A stretch of 59,025 nucleotides of DNA, filler included, from Trypethelium eluteriae (taxonomy: Eukaryota): NCBI GenBank assembly GCA_051942245.1. It is 4 parts of 4 records of this genome, joined end to end, with 100 filler letters (N's around TTAATTAATTAA, not from the genome) between each part and the next. Parts side by side here need not be neighbours in the genome. Positions count along the whole stretch, not along the records: positions 29,605 to 44,276 come from JAVECL010000679.1; positions 44,377 to 59,025 come from JAVECL010000680.1; 2 more parts are not named here. The stretch is one strand, 5' to 3'. Every line of letters starts with the position of its first letter. Positions within the stretch are counted from its first letter, which is position 1. Under the pieces are notes generated by a model, which was not told the origin of the DNA, did not search any database, and worked only from the letters and a program-made list of their open reading frames with translations. This document shows, piece after piece, positions 35,811-47,271 of the stretch. The translations under genes were made by a program, and so were the position numbers.

Positions 35811-36521
35811 TCTCGGTGGTATTGAGAGGCGAAGAAGAAGAAAGGGCAAGTGGGTGCGAAGAGTGCAGAGTCTTGAAGGGCTTGGGAAGGGCAGAAGCCT
35901 CCAAATCCCCCCTTCGACCTGGCAATCACTCTCTACCCTGCACTCATGTGACTGATGTTAGCGTTACGTCACAGACGCCTAGACTCCGTTGGGAGTGACC
36001 AATATTGGAGTCCTTATCACAGACCCACAGAACCCGGCATGTAAAGTGAGGATGGCGAGTATCAGTATCGAAGATGCCTCGAGAAAGAAAACAATGATTG
36101 GCGTGAGGAGTTGCTAAGGTATTGCGGAGAATTACCTCACTCAATCAGCCCTACCGGACCATCATTGATCCGTAGTTTGCTGCACCGACTTCGCGCCACC
36201 TTGCAGCACTTGCGTGAGTGGTATGCAAAACATCGAGTGACTGCTTTGCAGAAGCGATTCAAGTGCTACGCGAAATCACTGCTTATCGCAACTGCGATTG
36301 AGCTGTGTTCACCTAGTAGGCATGCCCGCAGTTAATGCAGACGTTATCACACAGTTTACATTCATGGCTTATCACACTTTGTGTCAATTACTTGCCGGCA
36401 CTGACACGAATCAGCTGCCTCTACACCGTGACCTACTGCACTTTCAAACTACCTATACGTGATCTTTCCATCTCTTTGCCCTGACACAGAATTCTTTTGC
36501 TTCGCAAGCCATTCATTCACG

Positions 36522-38619
36522 ATGAGCACGGATAATACTCAAGATGATTTGCGTGCTACAATTCTAAACAATGTGCAAATCTCTGGACACGAGCCATCGC
36601 TGGAGACCACCTCGCAGCGAGGCAGGGGAAGAGGCAGGGCTCGGGGACGAAGTAGTTTCGTAAACCCGCAACGCCACATATCAACCGCTCCTTCCTCTTC
36701 AGCCGACGCTACGATACGATCTTCAGCGTTTCCTAGCAGTCAGGTGAGGTCCAATGAGCGAACAAATCTCCCCGGCCGTCAAGCTCCTACTCGGGGACGA
36801 GGATTCAATGGTGCACAAATGAGAGGCTCTCAAGCTCCACGTGTACCGCAAATTCTTCAACGACAGCTACACCAACAGCAGCACTTCCCAGCCCGTACTC
36901 CACATATACCATCTGGGCGTTCTCAGGGCCCTTCTAACCCATCCCGATCATCCAATTCAAGCACGTTTCATCCGCTTCAGGGTCCGCCTACACCTGAGGC
37001 TTATTTGACCCAATGTAGTTATCTAGACCGCGTCGCAAGGGAACAGATCCCTCCCAATTTGATGACTGAGGAGGAAGACGAAAAGAGACGGGGGTTTATT
37101 GCTACTTTGGCTGGACTCTGTGAAAGAGTTTCAGGTTCCAAAGACCACGATGATCGTCCACAAGCGACTCTCAAAGCCTTCGGGAGCTACGCTTCTGGAT
37201 TTGGAACGAAAGATTCCGATGTTGACCTTGCTGTAGTTGCGATAGAAGAGGGAGGCATGTTACCAGAAATCTCACTTTACCTTCATGAGAATGACCTACC
37301 ACGTCAGCTGGAAAAATTGCTGCTCGAGAGTGGGATAGGGGCTCGCCTGCTTACGCGCACTCGCATACCGATCCTGAGAGTCTGTGAAAAGCCTACACCG
37401 GATCTTCTTGCTGGCCTCCGGGCCGAAAGAGAGACGTGGGATGCTTTGCCGAACGAACAGAAGTACTCCAGACACAATGAGGCTGATACCGAGCCCGTGA
37501 AAGGAGAAGAGGTTCCAAATAGGTATACCAACATGGGCCCCGGGCTTTCACAGGCCTTTCATAGTCTCACTTTGAACCCACCGGTCGCAGCAAATAGTGC
37601 TAGTGCCGAATCAGCCACGTCCAGAGAGAATCAGATGCTACCATCAAGTGCTCAGAGCGAACGCAAGCAACCAGAGAAGCGTCCTTGGTTACGGGAACGA
37701 AAGCTCAGTCCTCTGGACATCCCGAAAAGTGGTGTAGGGATTACCGCAGATATCAACTTCTCAAACACGCTCGTTATGCAAAATACTCACCTTCTACGCT
37801 GCTACTGCTTATGTGATGAACGTGTTAGATTGATGGTGCTGTAAGTAATGAACCCTCCAATTCTTGACGCAGAAGCTAATTGCAACTTACATTGTAGTTT
37901 TATTAAGGCCTGGGTAGGGCGCAGAAAGATTAATAGCGCGTATAGTGGGACCCTCTCCTCGTACGGCTATGTCTTAATGGTACTGCATTTTTTGGTCAAC
38001 ATCGCAAAACCAAGTGTAGTCCCCAATCTTCAGACTGCATGGTACTTGCAATCTGATGACAAAAAGGCTGCAACTCACCACAGTGAACTCTGGCTAAAGC
38101 ATTATGATATTCGATTCTTCAGGGATACTGATGAGATAAGGAGACTCGCTTCACAAGGCAGGCTTACGCAGAACGTGGACCCGTTACCCGTCCTTTTGCG
38201 CAACTTCTTCCACTACTATGCTAAGCAAGGTGCTGGCGTGCCTGAAGGAGGTTTCTTGTGGAGGAGTGAGGTACTGTCTCTGCGGACACCCGGTGGGCTT
38301 TTGACAAAGGAAGAAAAAGAATGGACGTTTGCCACAACTGAAATTGTGAATGATGTAAGTGTGATTAAGCTTCGAAGTGGAAACCGTAATCTGACATTCT
38401 TTGGTTTAGAGAGTGGTCCGACAGCGCTACTTGTTCGCGATAGAAGATCCTTTCGAGGTCGAGCACAATGTTGCCAGAGTCGTAACTCACAATGGCTTAG
38501 TTGCAATCCGCGATGAGTTTCGGCGGGCATGGGATATTCTGGAATCTGTTGGTCGTGGACGTTCAGATCATTCAGGGCTGTTTGACGAGGTCGTCGAACC
38601 CGAATGGGAGGGCAGATAA
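36522..38619 (+). CDS. Cid1-family non-canonical poly(A)/poly(U) RNA nucleotidyltransferase
   Basis: Motifs FGSYASGFGTKDSDVDL, ADINF, GTLSSYGYVLMVLHFL and AIEDPFEVEHNVAR. Two introns. Confidence 0.9.
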
Positions 38620-39323
38620 GCCATGTCAAATGTGAAAGACTCAGAGGCATCTGGCTACTGAAGTTCTCAGACTCAACGTTACTTGTCTACGTCGTCGTAA
38701 TGGGGTATTGGGACGGCTCACGATTGGTTCTTTGAAGGTGGGTCGACCTCGTTGCGTCGCCCGCCTCAGAGACTTACCTCAAGACCTTCTTTCAACAACT
38801 ACACGATACGACACGAGAAGACGAAGATCTTGAGGGGCATGCACCTTTGGTAGCTTGAGGTGAGTAGTTGGAACGCTCGTCGTTACAGGGGGGGGGCACC
38901 ACAAGTATGCAGCTGGCTGGGGTCTCGAGGGTGGTAACCCTAGTGGACTCATGCTGGGGGCGCAGCACTGCTGGAAGGCATTTCCGTGTACGATCAATAT
39001 ACTTTTGAGGTACCGATCGTTGCTTGTTCAGTCTACCAGACTACGTTGTTCCCTCATCTGAGAAAGACATCTCGCATTTCATATCCATCAAATCCTCGCG
39101 CAATCCCATTTCAGCCTACTACCGTCCAGTACCATGGATCTTCTAAAACCCTCATTCATCATGTTTTTGTCATGTTTTCGTTGATACAGCTGCTTGACGT
39201 CTGCCGAAACCACTTAAACCCCCCCGAGTTGGACTCATTTCTCAGGTCGATCCTTCCTCTCCTTCATTACGGGCCTGCACTGTTTCTCTAATCTGGGCTC
39301 TCCTTCCCAGTTGAAGAGTGGCC

Positions 39324-40697
39324 ATGGCCACCGGTCCAGGTCAAAGCCAGCAGCTTCAGCTAGTGCTTTATCGCTTTCCCCAGCCGCTGTCATCTACGCG
39401 TGAACACCCCCTTGATATGCTTATGAATCGCCTGTTGTGGGCTCATCAGTCACTCACTACAACAGGGAATAGCCTGCTACCTGAACAGTATAAGCTTATA
39501 TCCTTATACAAGTCGACGTGCGCAGATCTTCATGACGAGCTTCGGAGACTCGAGAAGGCTGGACTTCCGGCCAATCGATCAGTGCGAAATCTCAGCAATT
39601 ATGTCCGGGAAATGAACCAGTATCTCAATACCCGGGAGTCCTACCACCTTCCTTTCATAAGAGACCCGTGCCTCCCTCAAGGGAACTTGTTACTGGAGAT
39701 AATAAGGTTCCGCAGACGCGCTTATTGCGCTCGATACAGCGAATACGTCCAATTGGCATCGTTCGCACTCCTCTACAGGCAGCCCCAGTTCCAGCTTCCA
39801 TTGGATGAGCCAGACAAAACGGTAGACATTCCATCAGGTTACTGGTCAGGAATCGAAGCGATTCTCTCCTTCCACAGGAACGAAGAGATGCGCAAACCGC
39901 CAGATCAGCGTGCTCCTTTTGGCCTTCGCTTTAACGCACTCAGAGAGGCATGCAAGCTCATCGGAATCCAGTTCGAACAATTGCAGTACTGTATCAACAT
40001 CTTCGTCAGCCAAGGCGCCCAGCACCACCCTATCATTCGCTTCTTCCACCACGACCTCCATCGCCTCCCGTCCGTCCTCGCCGTAGACCTCGCCGAACTC
40101 CCTCTCATCTTCCCTCCCTCTCAACCTCGTGAGTTTGCCATCTTCTACCAAGTCATTCACACCCTCATCGACAGTTGGTATATCACGGAGGATGACGAGA
40201 CGCATCAATCACTTGACTGGAATGAATGGAGACCTACGGCCGAATTCGAACAACTCGCTGCCATCCATGGACCACCATCATACAGGTCGCAGAGACCCTC
40301 CCCTTCGGAAGTCAACAAATCACGCAGAGACCATGTTGATAGCATTACGAGTCGAGCAACCAGCCATCACCAGTTTCAGACTCTGAACCAGCTCGACGAA
40401 AAACCGAAAGAGTTACGTCACTGCTTCTTCAATGCCGCCGATGCGGGGTGGATTCGAATGCAGGCTTTCAGAGCAATAGCGAGGCGACAGAATGGGATGG
40501 AAGACCCGTTCAGGGCTGCGGAGATATTTGGGGTGGATTTGTCCACGTGGATGGTCGCTGAGAAGGAGATTAGGCATCTGCGGCGGGAAAGAGAGGATAA
40601 GGAGGCGAAACAGGCGGTCGATGAGATTTTGGCAGATATGGGGAGGCTACAGATGCCAGATAATCATGAGGTGGGACGATCAATGCCACTATGGTGA
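39324..40697 (+). CDS. Hypothetical protein, 457 aa
   Basis: Long uninterrupted ORF with a plausible amino-acid composition; no recognisable motif. Confidence 0.65.
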   Translation: MATGPGQSQQLQLVLYRFPQPLSSTREHPLDMLMNRLLWAHQSLTTTGNSLLPEQYKLISLYKSTCADLHDELRRLEKAGLPANRSVRNLSNYVREMNQYLNTRESYHLPFIRDPCLPQGNLLLEIIRFRRRAYCARYSEYVQLASFALLYRQPQFQLPLDEPDKTVDIPSGYWSGIEAILSFHRNEEMRKPPDQRAPFGLRFNALREACKLIGIQFEQLQYCINIFVSQGAQHHPIIRFFHHDLHRLPSVLAVDLAELPLIFPPSQPREFAIFYQVIHTLIDSWYITEDDETHQSLDWNEWRPTAEFEQLAAIHGPPSYRSQRPSPSEVNKSRRDHVDSITSRATSHHQFQTLNQLDEKPKELRHCFFNAADAGWIRMQAFRAIARRQNGMEDPFRAAEIFGVDLSTWMVAEKEIRHLRREREDKEAKQAVDEILADMGRLQMPDNHEVGRSMPLW

Positions 40698-41678
40698 AGC
40701 GATAGAAAGTGACGGGTTTATGGCGCGATGCTGGATGGTATGTGATGATGGTACGGCAATTTTCGCAGAAAATGCGGCAGAGGTACGGCATGAGATGTCA
40801 ACCTCAGAGATGCCGCGATCGTTTCTGGCCTTGGGATCCTGATAGCGCTCCTTCGTTAGATTGATTTTGAAATGGTACGGTTTAAGGGCTTTGTGCTGAC
40901 TTTTGACTGATAGTCTATCCGGCTCTTCTGTATGCCCCTTGGATAGGGATTCTCTGGGGTACCTATAGTGGGACCGACATTCCTTATTCTACCGTCTGGT
41001 GAGCGAGAGGAAAAATCCTAAGTGCTCCTGGCCAGCATTCAATCTAATAACAGTACAGCTGCTCTCAATCGCAATTGATAAGCAACACGAAATGTGGATG
41101 CGCCGCGAACGTGTTATGTCTACTTCTGGAAAGTGAATTGCTCACAGGAGCTCCTCCAGTCTTGAATTCGAGCAAACTACGGATCGAGTTGACAACTAAT
41201 CCATGACCGAATGTGAATCTTTATACCAGGTTATCGAGAACTGCGTATTACAAAGCACATCTAGAGAGATGGCGTGAACTAGATAGCTTTATTCGGTCCG
41301 GCGACGCTAAAAATGCTGTGCAAGCCTCGTCAGTTAGTAATTGTTGTCTTTTTCCAGAATCAGGAAATTTTTCTAAGGAACTTGTGAGCAAACTCGCTAG
41401 AAGTGGAACTTACTAGGCTCGAAGAGATAAATTACAGCAACAAGCTCGCGATATAACGTAGAAAAGCTTGTAGCTTTCCTCATGACCCGTAAGTATTGCA
41501 GGTGCTGAGACTCTGCCCTCACGAGTGGCAATTATCTGTGGTGCAGAGCCTCCTCAACCCCCTGGGCCTCATCCTTCAGTAGCTTACCTTAAAGATAGGG
41601 TGACTGATCAGCTAAGAACTTTATTGATTGGAAAGTAGCGGTCTACCCTTTTGGGCTCTATTGGTGTTGGCACCTATC

Positions 41679-43386
41679 TTACAGAAAGCTAATCCCGACC
41701 CCAAAAGTCAATCCCTTTCTTCCCTCCTCTCCCCTCCTTACCACTAACGGGAGGCTAAAATTTAATTCAAATCGCGCAACTGGATGCGCATACACGACAC
41801 CCACGCCCGCTGCACAGCTTGGCAGCTCATTCCTTAGCTCTTGGACGGTACTTCGGACGCTCTGCGCCACAGCCCGACTACTCATGCCCCCCTCCCCATC
41901 TTTCTCTTTCTCAACATCCGATCTGACATCCTTCAGGGCGAGCAACCGCCCACCATTCACAAAAGCCTGGAACCGCAGCGGCGTGTCCTTGCCCACCCGC
42001 GGAAACGGAAAGAGGATGGATGCTCCACCCGCAGCATAAACATCACCGCCCACCGCATCCGGACCATCTCTCGGACCGAGCCCACTCAGACGAAATCCGC
42101 GCACGTCCGTGGGCCCACCCAACTGAAAGCGATCGTTGAGTCGGCTGTGCTGCGGTTTGCTGTCGCTGCTCCCAGGGTAGCCCGAGGAGAGTGGGTAGAG
42201 CAACCCCGCGCGGAGCCCCGCCGTGAGACTGATGCCTGAGTCCCAGTATTCCCCAGTGCGAGTTGAGTAGAGCTGGACGGGGACAGCAGTCTGGGTGTCG
42301 AGCTCGAGCTTGCCGAACGCGACGTCGCCTTTCAAGGGGCCAATGCCGGCAAGCTCGGAGACGGTACGAAGGAGGGATCCGCGGGTAGGCAGGAGAGGGA
42401 GGTCGCGCGTGTCCCGGGTCCAGGTGTGGGTTATGCTGCTCTTGAAGCTGTCGCCTGCGTCTGCTCGCACTGTCGGACTGGCATTCTCAGCGAGGCCGGT
42501 AATCTGGCGCCAAAGACCTTGGTAAGTGAGCTCATGCTTGTGTCTGCGTGAGGGAGTTGTGTATCGAAACCGTGCGGATCCTCCTTTTAGTAGCTCTTCA
42601 TGACTCGCGAAGCTCTTGAGGGTAGTATTGGCCAATCCACCGATTTCGAAATTGAAATTCGGGTTACTGAGAATAGGCGTATCGAAGAACGCACTATAAG
42701 CTGAACGAGTTCTTGTTCCTAATGACGCATTCGCATTCAATGCCTCGGCGCCGCCAAAGATATTCCTTAGTATTACATTCAAGTAGGCGCTCCCCTCTGC
42801 ATGACCTGCTTCTGTTCCCGTCTTGATCGTGTATTTTCCTCGCTCATGCGCACTTAGAAACACTGCTAGATCCGTAGGTGTTGTGTTCGGGTCCGTTTGA
42901 TCAGGCTTGTCTATGTATACTGAAATAGGAGACTTGAAGATACCGAAACGATCAAGCTTATCGGCGCTAGAGGCAATTTCGGCAATGGCTTCGTTCAATG
43001 TATACGGTTCTGACTTATTTATACTAAGAATGGGGTTGAAAATTCGTTCAAGGAAGCCGCGACGAGTGTGAGTAGCGCCGAGCACGCGAACAGAGGAGAT
43101 TGTCACAGGAAGAGTGGAATTGGAGCCGATCTGGAATTCATGAATGGTAAGTTAGCTTTGCAGAACTATGTATCGATAGTCCTTACAAGCTCCCCAAGCC
43201 GTTCCTGTTGCTTCTCATACTGAGAATGAATTCGAGCATTTATTTCCTGCTCCCGTTTTTGTATGTCCCGCGTATCGACTTTTTGTTTGAGCTTTTCGAC
43301 AATAGACTGGAATTTGCGTTAGACGTATGCATGTGTAACTCTTGATCAAATACCAGGCTAACCTCATCGTCGCCAGTCGAAGCCAT
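41679..43386 (-). CDS. SAM50: Mitochondrial sorting and assembly machinery subunit Sam50 (Omp85 family)
   Basis: POTRA-like start ISSVRVLGATHTRRGFL, DRFQLGGPTDVRGF...GPRDGPDAVGGD and ARFELNFSLPL...GVGISFL. Two 5' introns. Confidence 0.95.
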
Positions 43387-43802
43387 TGAAGCTTCTGCAG
43401 AAGCTCGAGACTGGCTCACATCTGTATTCAAACAGAGGGAAGAAGTCGAAGGCAGGTATGCAAACAGAGGTGCAAACAGCCAGGGAAGGATTCTCTAGGT
43501 AGGATTCTCCGCGCAAGTTGAATGATCGACGATAGAACAAACGAACACGACTCACATCTCTTTCCCACACAGCATCACTTGTCCTTCAGCTGCAACTTTT
43601 AATCACTTCTCATCATCCTTGCATTGGATCGCTCGAGCTCTGTAAACTACTGTTTCTCTAATTCCACAAAACATCATCGTACAATAACTTCCAGCCTAGC
43701 ACACGACCACCGCCGATCCTCCATTTACTTGGACCAGATCCTATCCAACTCCTTTGTATCCGCATCCTCTCAACCCTCATCTCCTCATACACAACCTACA
43801 TA

Positions 43803-44276
43803 ATGGCCACCCGCGCCGCCAATAAGCGCCTCGCCCGCGAATACAAATCTATCTCCGAAAACCCACCCCCATACATTGTCGCCCACCCTTCGGAGAGCAA
43901 CATCCTCGAATGGCACTACATCCTCACCGGCCCCCCCAAAACCCCCTACGAAGGCGGCCAATACTGGGGCACGCTGATGTTCCCACCCGACTACCCCTTC
44001 GCACCCCCCTCCATCCGCATGCACACCCCATCAGGACGCTTCCAGCCCTCGACCCGGCTCTGCCTCAGCATCTCGGACTTCCACCCGAAGAGCTTCAATC
44101 CGGCATGGGAGGTCAGCACGATCCTGATCGGGCTGATGAGCTTCATGACGAGCGAGGAGATGACGACGGGGAGCGTGAGCGCGGGCGAGGCGGAGCGGCG
44201 CGGGTTTGCGGCGCGCACGCGCTGGTGGAACTCGACGGGCGGAGGCAGCACGACGCGCAAAATCGAAGGTGTCAGT
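43803..44276 (+). CDS. UBC6: E2 ubiquitin-conjugating enzyme Ubc6, 3' end lost in gap
   Basis: MATRAANKRLAREY...TPSGRFQPSTRLCLSISDFHPKSFNPAWEVSTIL...TTGS. Confidence 0.95.
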
Positions 44277-44376
44277 NNNNNNNNNNNNNNNNNNNNNNNN
44301 NNNNNNNNNNNNNNNNNNNNTTAATTAATTAANNNNNNNNNNNNNNNNNNNNNNNNNNNNNNNNNNNNNNNNNNNN
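44277..44376. other. Artificial scaffold linker
   Basis: 44 N + TTAATTAATTAA + 44 N. Confidence 0.99.
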
Positions 44377-44503
44377 GATGTGTAGCTTGAGGAAGTGGGA
44401 TGATGGTGCAAAGGTGGTAGGGCTGAAAGTGGAAGGGTTGGAGGCGTATAAAGGGATGATGGAGGAGCATTTGGAACATCAGCACGTTGGAAGGGTAGCG
44501 TAG
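44377..44503 (+). CDS. phnZ: C-terminal fragment of a PhnZ-like HD-domain oxygenase (5' part lost in gap)
   Basis: Reads MCSLRKWDDGAKVVGLKVEGLEAYKGMMEEHL...*. LRxWDDxAK matches the C-terminal motif of PhnZ-type HD proteins. Not in the ORF track. Confidence 0.7.
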
Positions 44504-44659
44504 GAGATAAGCCGGAGTGTTGGGGTGAGTCCGAAATGAGTTTTTACTGTCATTTGACAAAAATGAGGTTGTCAAATCGATTGAGAGTTCGAGAAGTGTG
44601 CCCTTTGTTTTCTGCAGTTTAAACCCACAATGCTTTTTTGCCCACTATTCTATTCATGA

Positions 44660-45628
44660 CTACACCTCTAATTGCTTCCCAATTACCACGCTTAGCATCG
44701 GACTCCCAGTCCCATAACGCAGGGCACCTTCAGCATAATCTTCACCGGGCTTCCTCATGTGGGTGGCAGGCCACAATTTCTGCCTATCTGCGTAGTACTG
44801 ATCGTGTAGATCGCCTTCACGCGCGCAATTGTACGTTGCATACATCGCTTTGCGGTCAATGTTGCTAACATTTGGGCCACTGCGATGGGCGAGGTGCGAG
44901 CCAAATACGAGCAATTGTCCTACAGATTTCTGAGTAAGAGCGGTCCATACTCTTGATAATGCCACTTACCAGGTTCAAGTTCCACAGGAGTCCAGATTTG
45001 CGCCTGAGCCCACTTAGGTTCAATACACTTGTCGCTTCCAATAGGGATCTGCAGTCGATGGCTTTTATCTACGATCTCAAGTCCTCCATTGCTCATGTTG
45101 GCTGAGTCAATGGCCAACAAGATTGTGAGGTGCTCGATGTCCTTCACGTGCGTGTACGCCGTTGAGTCAATGTGCGGTGAGAAGCCACCTTTGAGAGTCA
45201 ATGTATTATTCAAGCTAGGAAGCGTTTCTGGGCTCACCGCTCCCTGATAGCTTGTAATTGATCTTCTCCTTAAAGAGCAACATATCCTCGCCGGCAAGCC
45301 GGCTGACCACCCCGAGGAGCTTTTGTCCTCGCAGTAGCTCATTAAATCCACGGTGGTAGTTTGCGTAATTCTCGGTCCTGCAAAGGACGCGCTTGCCTTG
45401 CCCATTGACTTCCTGTACCAATGTAAGGCTTGGTCAATAGTATTACCATCGGCTCATGCAGACCTCGTAAGGCATATAGGGAATATCAGGCGTAATAGGC
45501 CAGTCGTGCACCTCCTGAGCCCATGATTGGAGGTCTTTGAGCTCGGTAGGACTCAGAATGTCCCTCAGAATGAGATACCCGTGTTCGTTGAAAAATTTGA
45601 TATGCTCTTGGGTTATTTGGTTCAGCAT
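44660..45628 (-). CDS. Fe(II)/2-oxoglutarate dioxygenase, PhyH family, PhnY-like
   Basis: Four exons: FFNEHGYLIL... | CRTENY...LFKEKINYKLSGS | GGFSPHID...NGGLEIV | FGSHLAHRSGPN...RKAMYATYN. The HxD...H facial triad is intact. Confidence 0.88.
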
Positions 45629-47271
45629 TGTTTATGTCGGATATTTGTTGTCTAGGAAAGGCCTTGTCAAATCTATTCGGATTCGATAGCTTAGGCCAGT
45701 CCTTTAGAGCTGACTCATGTGCCATAAGTCTCTAGACACTTGTGCAGAATCGGTTCATTCATGATGATTCTCCTATCCAGGTGGCGTGATCTCTTTGCAG
45801 AGCTTGCAGCCCATACGCTCGGAAGCCTTAAAGCTGCATGCGAGCCTTATCTCCCGTACTCTCTGCGAAATATGGCGATTTTCGCGTAGACCATTCACAG
45901 CATAGCACGTGGCATGGTAATCTAGGAGATTCATGGTCCGCCTAATGCTGGGAGTACAGTGGCTGCATGATGCATATTGCACAGGCAGAAACTTTAACAA
46001 AGCATGAACCACAAAAAAGAACCTTCGACACGTGTAGTCTCTTGTCGGGCGGACTTTGCAAGGTTTATCGACCTCCGCTTCACTCCATGCCTCATCAAGC
46101 CGGCCAATTCCGCTTCCCTGGGCGGAGCTCTTCTGAGTGGCTGGCGGAGGCATTCATATGCTCTCTTTCAAAGTCATGGTTGGTACTGCAAGACAGGCCC
46201 CTCCAGTGCGAGTACACAGATGGACAGAATTATCTCTAGTTTCTATTGTCCCTGTTAGACCGTCTAGGGTTTGGACGTTGGTCCAATGCTTGGGTCAATA
46301 ACAATGCAGAGCCGTAGTTGTCCGACTCGAACGAAGGACTCTATACCATCATCGTGCGCTGAGCTAGATCGGTATAATTACATTAGCGAAGTGGGTGGAC
46401 GTTGCAGGGGTGGGCGGGGGGTCTTGCTTTCAAGACACGATGGGAAAGATCCTTGGGTTCAGAAAAATAATGAAAGAAGAAACCTCTTAATTATGCAAGA
46501 ACAACCAGAGAGGTATCTGAGCTCACGCTCCACGTGGAACAAACTTCGAGAGAAGGAAATTCGCATGATATCGAAAAGACGTATTCAAAGGAAGAGGGTA
46601 TTGCTCGGATGCTAAATGCTAAATGCTGAAGAGAATCTGAATCTTTCTAAATCAATAGCAAATTACAAGTTGCAATAATGGATTAGAGCGAACTTGGAAA
46701 CATTTGACCTGAGGAGCGGGCAGACCTCCCAGACCAGGACTTTATATCTCTCAGCACTGAAAACCATGGGTCGGTGTAGGTGAGGCTTCATCTCCGGCAC
46801 TGTATCCGCAGAGTCTTTTTTAAGGTTGATCGACACCATGGATACAGCCGAGGACACCGGAAAACGTCACTTGTCGGAGCTGATCAACGCCCGCCGAACC
46901 TCTCCGCAGTCCTTGGCTGACTGAAAGTCTCGAGACGCAAACACAGCCCGCAGTGCCCGTCAACGAGTTGCCCTATTCATGAGTTGACGCGGCCATTACA
47001 CATTCTTTTTACCATGTGATTTGCTGTTCCCCTCCGACTTCGACGCGATTTGAGCTCTGAGACGTACCCCAGGCTACCAGCACCTCTTCCCACGGCGCAC
47101 CTTTCAATCCTTGGTCGACGCTGACATATTGATCCTCATTTTGCCGCTACTCAGTCATCTTCACGCTTTACGCCTTTTCATACTCGCAACATTCTAAACG
47201 CTCAACTCTTTTCTCTGAGACTTGCGAACGAGCCGAGCTGACGACGTCACCACTGCGACAACGGCTGGACC

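Noticed and set aside
35964..35971. TTACGTCA (ATF/CREB-like site) in the TFG1/Cid1 divergent promoter
   Set aside because: A single 8-mer is expected by chance in 59 kb, and no conservation data are available.
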